IMG/VR virus record: IMGVR_UViG_3300029179_000122
Location: 1 to 5,052 of that record
Origin: a virus
Reading direction: 5' to 3' (one strand)
DNA: 5,052 nucleotides
Shown: positions 1-3,506 of the stretch, piece after piece
How the letters are laid out: the number at the start of each line of letters is the position of its first letter
How positions within the stretch are numbered: the first letter of the stretch is position 1
Program-made: the position numbers and the translations under genes
The notes under the pieces: model-generated
Told to the model about the DNA's origin: nothing
The model's input: the letters and a program-made list of their open reading frames with translations, nothing else
Databases searched by the model: none

Positions 1-99
1 CGGCTGGTTGGATTCAGAGTAATACTCCTATTTCTCGTAATATTAACGTTTCGGCTGCTGTTGCCGATCCTATTGAGATGAGTTGTTTTATTAAGGGTA
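1..99. repeat. Terminal redundancy: exact copy of 4954-5052 (overlap of a circular genome)
   Basis: Base-by-base comparison: 1-99 (cggctggttggattcag...ttattaagggta) is identical to 4954-5052. The VP1 reading frame runs straight through it. This implies a 4,953-nt circular unit. Confidence 0.95.
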
Positions 100-152
100 G
101 GATTGCTCGTGTTATGCCTATGTTTAGTGTTCCTGGATTGGATCGTTTATGA
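1..152 (+). CDS. VP1: Major capsid protein VP1 (F-like), C-terminal end; 5'-partial only because of the linearisation point, continuation of 3507..5052
   Basis: The frame is fixed by the overlap (position 4954 = position 1), so the first complete codon starts at 3. It translates to AGWIQSNTPISRNINVSAAVADPIEMSCFIKGRIARVMPMFSVPGLDRL, with stop TGA 150-152 overlapping the VP2 start (ATGA at 149-152). The C-terminal ...MP.(F/Y)SVPGL... ending is as I remember for gokushovirus capsids. Confidence 0.9.
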   Translation, partial: AGWIQSNTPISRNINVSAAVADPIEMSCFIKGRIARVMPMFSVPGLDRL

Positions 153-781
153 TTTTTCGCGATGATTTTTTCTCTCCGAAAGAGTTTTTTTTCGGTAATC
201 CTTTGGCTACTGTTGGTGCTGCTATTGTTGGTGGTGGTGGCAATGCGCTTATGCAGAATGAGACGAATAAGTCGAATCGTGCGATGGCACGCGAAGAGCG
301 TGCTTTTGAGGAGCGTATGTCGAATACTGCTCATCAACGTGAAGTTAAGGATTTGGTGAAGGCTGGTCTTAATCCTAATTTAAGTGCTGGTGGATCTGGT
401 GCTCCTGTGCCTTCTGTTGGTGTTCCTCATATGGAGGCTCCTCAGATTAATATGCCTGATTTTATGTCTTATGGTATATCGCTTAAGAAGTTGGAGCAGA
501 CTGATCAGGCTTTGAAGTTGGAGGGTGATCGTACTGCGGCTGATATTGCTCGTACAGTATCTGAGAAAGAGTTTACTGATATGAAGAAGGTGTTGGCTCA
601 GAAGGGTATGATTAAGGCTGATCTTGAGGGTGAAGCTGCTGGTGTTATGCGTAAGATGATTAATTTTTTAAAGCGTATGGCTACTCAGTCTCCTGGCTCT
701 CCTCGTCGCGATGCTGGTGTTGGTCCTACTGATGCGTTTGATTTGGAAGGTTCTTTTGGTCCTATTGATGTAATTCCTTAA
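149..781 (+). CDS. VP2: VP2 minor capsid / DNA pilot protein (H-like)
   Basis: 210-aa ORF from the track. Its ATG overlaps the VP1 stop (ATGA), suggesting translational coupling. It has a Gly-rich N-terminal segment (AAIVGGGGNA) followed by EERMSNTAHQREVKDLVKAGLNPNL, which matches the (E/Q)RMSNTA(Y/H)QR...AGLNP motif I recall as typical of gokushovirus VP2. Position directly after VP1 fits the family gene order. Stop TAA 779-781. Confidence 0.85.
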   Translation: MIFRDDFFSPKEFFFGNPLATVGAAIVGGGGNALMQNETNKSNRAMAREERAFEERMSNTAHQREVKDLVKAGLNPNLSAGGSGAPVPSVGVPHMEAPQINMPDFMSYGISLKKLEQTDQALKLEGDRTAADIARTVSEKEFTDMKKVLAQKGMIKADLEGEAAGVMRKMINFLKRMATQSPGSPRRDAGVGPTDAFDLEGSFGPIDVIP

Positions 782-790
782 GGAGGTTTT

Positions 791-1309
791 ATGAAGAAGA
801 AAGAAGAGATTTTGAGTTCTCACAAGTTGAATGTGGTTGATGTTGTTGAGAAGGAGACTGGTTTTTCTCATACTGGTGTTCGTCGTTTGCGTGTTCAGTT
901 TGGTTATGAGGGTTGTCCTACTATGACAGAGCAGCATACTGCTCATTTGACTGATCTTAATTATTTGATGGAGAAGTATAAGCCTGATGAGTTGGCGGCT
1001 TATATTGCTGCTCGTGCTTCGTTTAGGCAAGAGATTTTGGGTCATGATTTTGCTAGTGAGTATTCTTTGCAAGAGGGTAAGAATTTGGTTTATAAGCTTC
1101 GTCGGGCTTTTGAGGATTTGCCTGAGGATATTAAGAAGCATTTTAAGTCTCCGCTTGATTTTATTAAGTTTATGGATAATCCCAACAACGCTGATAAGGC
1201 TGTTGCTTTGGGTATTCTAACGCGTAAGCAGTTAGATGATGTTAAAGATCCGAGTAAACCTGGTCCGGCGCCGCAGCCGGCGCCGGATTCGGATGATAAA
1301 AAAACGTAG
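791..1309 (+). CDS. VP3: VP3 internal scaffolding protein
   Basis: 172-aa ORF. AGGAGG at 781-786 lies 4 nt upstream of ATG 791. The segment CPTMTEQHTAHLTDLNYLMEKYK resembles the (S/T)xT(E/Q)Q....D(I/L)N.(I/L)..KY core I remember from Chlamydia-phage-type scaffold proteins. Size and position (after VP2) fit. The C-terminal tail PSKPGPAPQPAPDSDDKKT uses atypical CCG/GCG codons (see findings). Confidence 0.8.
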   Translation: MKKKEEILSSHKLNVVDVVEKETGFSHTGVRRLRVQFGYEGCPTMTEQHTAHLTDLNYLMEKYKPDELAAYIAARASFRQEILGHDFASEYSLQEGKNLVYKLRRAFEDLPEDIKKHFKSPLDFIKFMDNPNNADKAVALGILTRKQLDDVKDPSKPGPAPQPAPDSDDKKT

Positions 1310-1457
1310 GTTTTTTTGGTTATGTAGCGATGCTTACCCCGCATTTCCGCGGCCACAGCTTCGACGACGACGACGTAGGAGGAGGAGGAGTTGCGAGGAC
1401 CGCGCGCGGGGGAAGCGAGCGCCGCAGATGCGAGGGGGTGCAGCTCCCAGCATCTAG
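1236..1457 (+). CDS. Candidate overprinted arginine-rich ORF (73 aa; 24 Arg + 4 Lys, includes R9); speculative
   Basis: ORF from the track, in a different frame from VP3, overlapping its last 74 nt and extending 148 nt beyond the VP3 stop. Nine consecutive Arg codons (1362-1388) come from two different repeat families (CGA x4, CGT, AGG x4) held in one frame. No convincing Shine-Dalgarno sequence precedes ATG 1236/1239 or the internal ATG 1293. CG-rich DNA also produces Arg-rich frames by default. Confidence 0.2.
   Translation: MMLKIRVNLVRRRSRRRIRMIKKRRFFWLCSDAYPAFPRPQLRRRRRRRRRSCEDRARGKRAPQMRGGAAPSI
1362..1390 (+). repeat. Adjacent trinucleotide microsatellites (CGA)4-CGT-(AGG)4-AG
   Basis: Read directly: cgacgacgacga (1362-1373), cgt, aggaggaggagg (1377-1388), ag. 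The three frames read RRRRRRRRR, DDDDVGGGG and TTTT*EEEE. Confidence 0.9.
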
Positions 1458-1459
1458 GC
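1421..1459 (+). other. GC-rich imperfect hairpin in the VP3-distal non-coding region
   Basis: Hand pairing: GCC 1421-1423 with GGC 1457-1459; AGATGC 1426-1431 with GCATCT 1450-1455; GGGGG 1434-1438 with CTCCC 1444-1448 (one G.T). 5-nt loop TGCAG, two small internal loops, ~14 bp in total. Function unknown. Confidence 0.6.
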
Positions 1460-1461
1460 TT

Positions 1462-1492
1462 AAGCAGTGTGTTATTACGCTGCTTTTTTTTT
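1462..1492 (+). terminator. Rho-independent terminator closing the VP4-VP1-VP2-VP3 transcription unit
   Basis: Stem AAGCAGTGTG (1462-1471) pairs with TATTACGCTGCTT-side bases 1476-1485 (10 bp including two G.U), loop TTAT. It runs into a tract of nine T (1484-1492), then G and four more T. Confidence 0.75.
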
Positions 1493-1500
1493 GTTTTCTC

Positions 1501-1540
1501 TTCCCTCCTGCAATATTTTTTGTAATATTACAGGAGGGAA
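1501..1540 (+). promoter_or_regulatory. Large stem-loop carrying TAATATTAC; candidate replication origin / Rep or primase recognition hairpin
   Basis: TTCCCTCCTG (1501-1510) pairs perfectly with CAGGAGGGAA (1531-1540). After one C:A mismatch (1511/1530), AATATT (1512-1517) can pair with AATATT (1524-1529) around the loop TTTTGT. The exact nonamer TAATATTAC occupies 1523-1531, ending at the 3' loop/stem junction. The function is inferred. Confidence 0.45.
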
Positions 1541-1558
1541 TTATTAGGGAGGTGCTCG

Positions 1559-1576
1559 ACGGGAGTATTCTCCCGT
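1559..1576 (+). other. Small hairpin ACGGGAG-TATT-CTCCCGT
   Basis: 7-bp stem (1559-1565 / 1570-1576) with tetraloop TATT. It lies 35 nt upstream of ATG 1611 and covers the alternative GTG 1575. Confidence 0.6.
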
Positions 1577-1610
1577 GAGCAAACAAGCCGTAGGCGCGTT
1601 AGGAGTTTTT

Positions 1611-1814
1611 ATGAAATGGTTTTGGAAGAAGCGTAAGCGTAATGTTATTAATTGTAAGGTGTGTGCTGCTCGTCGCGAGAAGGCGCGTTTAGCAGCTATT
1701 CGTCATCGTGCTCGTGCTAAGATTGTTGATTTGAGTGATGTTAAGAGTGTTACTGTTTCTGATGTTCAGTTAACTATACCAGGTTATAAGCCTGGTTCTA
1801 ATACGGAGGAATGA
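1611..1814 (+). CDS. Hypothetical small basic protein (67 aa)
   Basis: AGGAG at 1601-1605 lies 5 nt before ATG 1611. Translation: MKWFWKKRKRNVINCKVCAARREKARLAAIRHRARAKIVDLSDVKSVTVSDVQLTIPGYKPGSNTEE. NNT-biased codons match the other genes. Stop TGA 1812-1814 overlaps the next ATG (ATGA). The track's longer version starts at GTG 1575, which has no RBS and sits inside a hairpin. I recognise no family. Confidence 0.55.
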   Translation: MKWFWKKRKRNVINCKVCAARREKARLAAIRHRARAKIVDLSDVKSVTVSDVQLTIPGYKPGSNTEE

Positions 1815-2212
1815 TGTTTGGTAAGAAGAGTGATCAAGTTGATTTGGAGTGTTTTGTTTTTTTTGATACTAAGGTAGGTGCTTATCGCCAGCCTTATTTT
1901 GCTGTGAATCGTGATGTTTTGTTACGTTCTATGGTCAATGAGTTTCGTGATCCTAAATATCAGAATACTGAGATGTTTTTAAATGCTGAAGATTTCAGCA
2001 TTTATTTGATTGGTACTTATGCTTTTAAGGAAGGCGTTATAAAGCCTGTGAAGCCTGAGCACGTTATTAATGTTGTTGAGGTACGTACTATGGCTATGAG
2101 GTCTCCTACTCGTCAGCAGGAGCCTTCTGCTGCTGCTATTGAGCAATTTAGATCTGCTATGGAGACTAAGGTCGTTCAAGAAGAGGTGGCCAAAGCTGGC
2201 CTGGGGCATTGA
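1811..2212 (+). CDS. VP5: VP5-like non-structural protein
   Basis: 133-aa ORF. FVFFDTKVGAYRQPYFAVNRDVLLRSMVNEF....AEDFSIYLIGTYAFKEGVI fits the pattern (F/Y).D.K...(F/Y)..P(F/Y)F......A.R.F.....PEDF.L..IG.(F/Y)D...G that I remember from gokushovirus VP5/ORF5 proteins. GGAGG at 1805-1809 is better spaced for the second ATG at 1814, so the true start may be 1814. Confidence 0.7.
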   Translation: MMFGKKSDQVDLECFVFFDTKVGAYRQPYFAVNRDVLLRSMVNEFRDPKYQNTEMFLNAEDFSIYLIGTYAFKEGVIKPVKPEHVINVVEVRTMAMRSPTRQQEPSAAAIEQFRSAMETKVVQEEVAKAGLGH

Positions 2213-2239
2213 TGGTACTTGATTAATACAATGCCCACT

Positions 2240-2258
2240 GACACACTTTTGGTGTGTC
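2240..2258 (+). other. Hairpin GACACAC-TTTTG-GTGTGTC in the VP5/ORF8 spacer
   Basis: 7-bp perfect stem (2240-2246 / 2252-2258) with a 5-nt loop. No downstream T tract, so it is not a classical terminator. It lies 12 nt upstream of the AGGAGG of the next gene. Confidence 0.55.
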
Positions 2259-2280
2259 TAAGACATGGGAAGGAGGTACT

Positions 2281-2394
2281 ATGAAGCGTCGATCGTTGTC
2301 TCGCGGTAAAGACCGTCGGGTATTTTCTAATACTTCTCGGCCGCATCCGGCTAATACTGTTAAGTTTGTGATGCGCGGTGGTATTCGTAAGTAG
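2281..2394 (+). CDS. Small basic DNA-binding/packaging peptide (J-like; gokushovirus ORF8-type), 37 aa
   Basis: Not in the ORF track (too short). AGGAGG at 2271-2276 lies 4 nt before ATG 2281. Hand translation: MKRRSLSRGKDRRVFSNTSRPHPANTVKFVMRGGIRK, stop TAG 2392-2394. 11 of 37 residues are Arg/Lys, and the M(K/R)RR..SRGK..R.F....... ...MRGGIR pattern matches my memory of ORF8/J-like peptides. A strong terminator follows immediately. Confidence 0.75.
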   Translation: MKRRSLSRGKDRRVFSNTSRPHPANTVKFVMRGGIRK

Positions 2395-2399
2395 TTTTG

Positions 2400-2425
2400 A
2401 AGGGCCCTTTTTGGGCCCTTTTTTT
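2400..2425 (+). terminator. Rho-independent terminator closing the ORF67-VP5-ORF8 unit
   Basis: AAGGGCCC (2400-2407) pairs with GGGCCCTT (2413-2420): 8 bp, 6 of them G:C, loop TTTTT. It runs into a seven-T tract (2419-2425), 6 nt after the ORF8 stop. Confidence 0.85.
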
Positions 2426-2478
2426 GTGGTTAATTTGTAAATTTTTCAACTTTGTTTTTCTTAACTTGGTAGTGCAGC

Positions 2479-3498
2479 TTGAAGTGTAAAGACCCTACGT
2501 TATGTTACACAAATTCTAAGGGTCAGAGGATTTATCGTCATTGGTCCATGGCTAGTTTTATTTTTCGTCAGATTGCTCAGCGTGTGTTTGATTGTGGTAA
2601 GTGTCTTCATTGTCGTAAGAAGAAGGCTCGCGAGTTGGCTATTCGTTGTGTGTTGAATGCTAGTTTGTATACTCAGAATTCTTTTTTGACTTTGACTTAT
2701 GATGAATCTAAGGAAGGTTATCATAATAATTTTCAGTATGAGGATATTCAGAAGTTTAAGAAGCGTTTTCGTTCTTATGTGAGTCGAGTTTTTGGTAAGC
2801 GTATAGAGTTGTTTAATGTTCATGAGTACGGCAAGAATGGTAAGAAGCATTGGCATTTAGTTTGTTTTGGTCATGATTTTTCTGATGATGTTTTAAAGAA
2901 GCGTCGTGTGACGCGTGAGATTTATACTTTTCGTAATGGTAATTTTTTGTATACTTCGCCAAAGCTGGAAGATCTTTGGCGTTTTGGTTTTTCAACTATT
3001 GGTGATGTGACTGAGGCTTCTGCTATGTATCAAGCTCAGTATACTCAGAAGGATTGGAAGAATTGTAATGTTGGCACATCTAGGCAGTCTGATTCTCAGC
3101 ACTCCGGTATTGGACGTTCTTATTTTTTGTCTCATTATTCCCAAATATTACGTCTTGGTTTCATACCTGTTGGCGGTAAGCGGGTGCCTGTTCCCCGTTA
3201 TTTTGAGAAGTTAGCTCATAAGCATTATTGTCATTTTTATGATTGTTCTTATTTTTTTGATACTTCCGAGCGTAAGCGTCGTTATACTCCGTTTGAGGAA
3301 GGTCAAGAGAATCGCGATATTGCTGATTTGTATATGGTTTATAGGGTTAATAAGGATAATCGTATTTTGGAAATGGAGGATGAATGGAATGATATTGTTG
3401 ATTTGCATTTAGAGACTGGTGAAGATCCTGATTTTGTTAAGTCAGGTGATAATTCTTTGTATGATTTGCGTAATAAGAATAATATTGAAATTTTTTAG
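2479..3498 (+). CDS. VP4: VP4 rolling-circle replication initiation protein (phiX174 gpA-like HUH endonuclease)
   Basis: 339-aa ORF. RCR motif 1 FLTLTY (2683-2700), HUH motif HWHLVCF (2848-2868), and two-tyrosine motif YQAQYTQK (Y codons 3028-3030 and 3040-3042). The N-terminal K-C-x-x-P and CGKCLHCR Cys cluster are as in other Microviridae Reps. Start uncertain: TTG 2479 is the only start between the in-frame TAG (2470-2472) and ATG 2548, and it has no clear SD. Confidence 0.92.
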   Translation: MKCKDPTLCYTNSKGQRIYRHWSMASFIFRQIAQRVFDCGKCLHCRKKKARELAIRCVLNASLYTQNSFLTLTYDESKEGYHNNFQYEDIQKFKKRFRSYVSRVFGKRIELFNVHEYGKNGKKHWHLVCFGHDFSDDVLKKRRVTREIYTFRNGNFLYTSPKLEDLWRFGFSTIGDVTEASAMYQAQYTQKDWKNCNVGTSRQSDSQHSGIGRSYFLSHYSQILRLGFIPVGGKRVPVPRYFEKLAHKHYCHFYDCSYFFDTSERKRRYTPFEEGQENRDIADLYMVYRVNKDNRILEMEDEWNDIVDLHLETGEDPDFVKSGDNSLYDLRNKNNIEIF

Positions 3499-3506
3499 GA
3501 GGATTT

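Noticed and set aside
1-99. Terminal direct repeat as a biological DTR/LTR or mobile-element end
   Set aside because: The repeat is 100% identical and internal to the capsid ORF, and the capsid protein is complete only if the ends are fused. It is a circularisation artefact.
162-359. Out-of-frame + strand ORFs nested in real genes (162-359 in VP2, 987-1220 in VP3, 4687-4872 in VP1)
   Set aside because: Their L/V/I/R/F-rich products are typical of frame-shifted reading of T-rich sequence. There is no SD, no local change in the host gene's codon usage (unlike 1250-1292), and no recognisable motifs.
984-991. CTGATGAG (hammerhead ribozyme core-like) inside VP3
   Set aside because: I found no downstream CGAAA/GAAAC core element or flanking helices I-III. 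The octamer simply encodes P-D-E in the VP3 frame.
1501-1540. Reading the 11-6-11 palindrome as a dif/XerCD-type integration site, as used by some enterobacterial gokushovirus prophages
   Set aside because: The architecture (two ~11-nt arms and a 6-nt spacer) is similar. However, the inner arm bases are ...AATATT-N6-AATATT..., which does not match the ...CATAA-N6-TTATG... core of the dif consensus as I remember it. Not excluded, but unsupported. A comparison with dif sites of candidate hosts would settle it.
1520-1547. Sigma70-like promoter TTGTAA (1520-1525), 16 nt, TATTAG (1542-1547) upstream of ORF67; also TTGTAA (2435-2440) upstream of VP4
   Set aside because: Each hexamer matches only 4 of 6, the VP4-side candidate has no acceptable -10 at 16-18 nt, and the host is unknown. 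Too weak to annotate.
1575-1610. GTG 1575 as the start of the 79-aa version of the small basic ORF
   Set aside because: GTG 1575 has no upstream SD and is base-paired in the 1559-1576 hairpin. ATG 1611 has AGGAG at ideal spacing. I call 1611-1814, but the longer form cannot be excluded.
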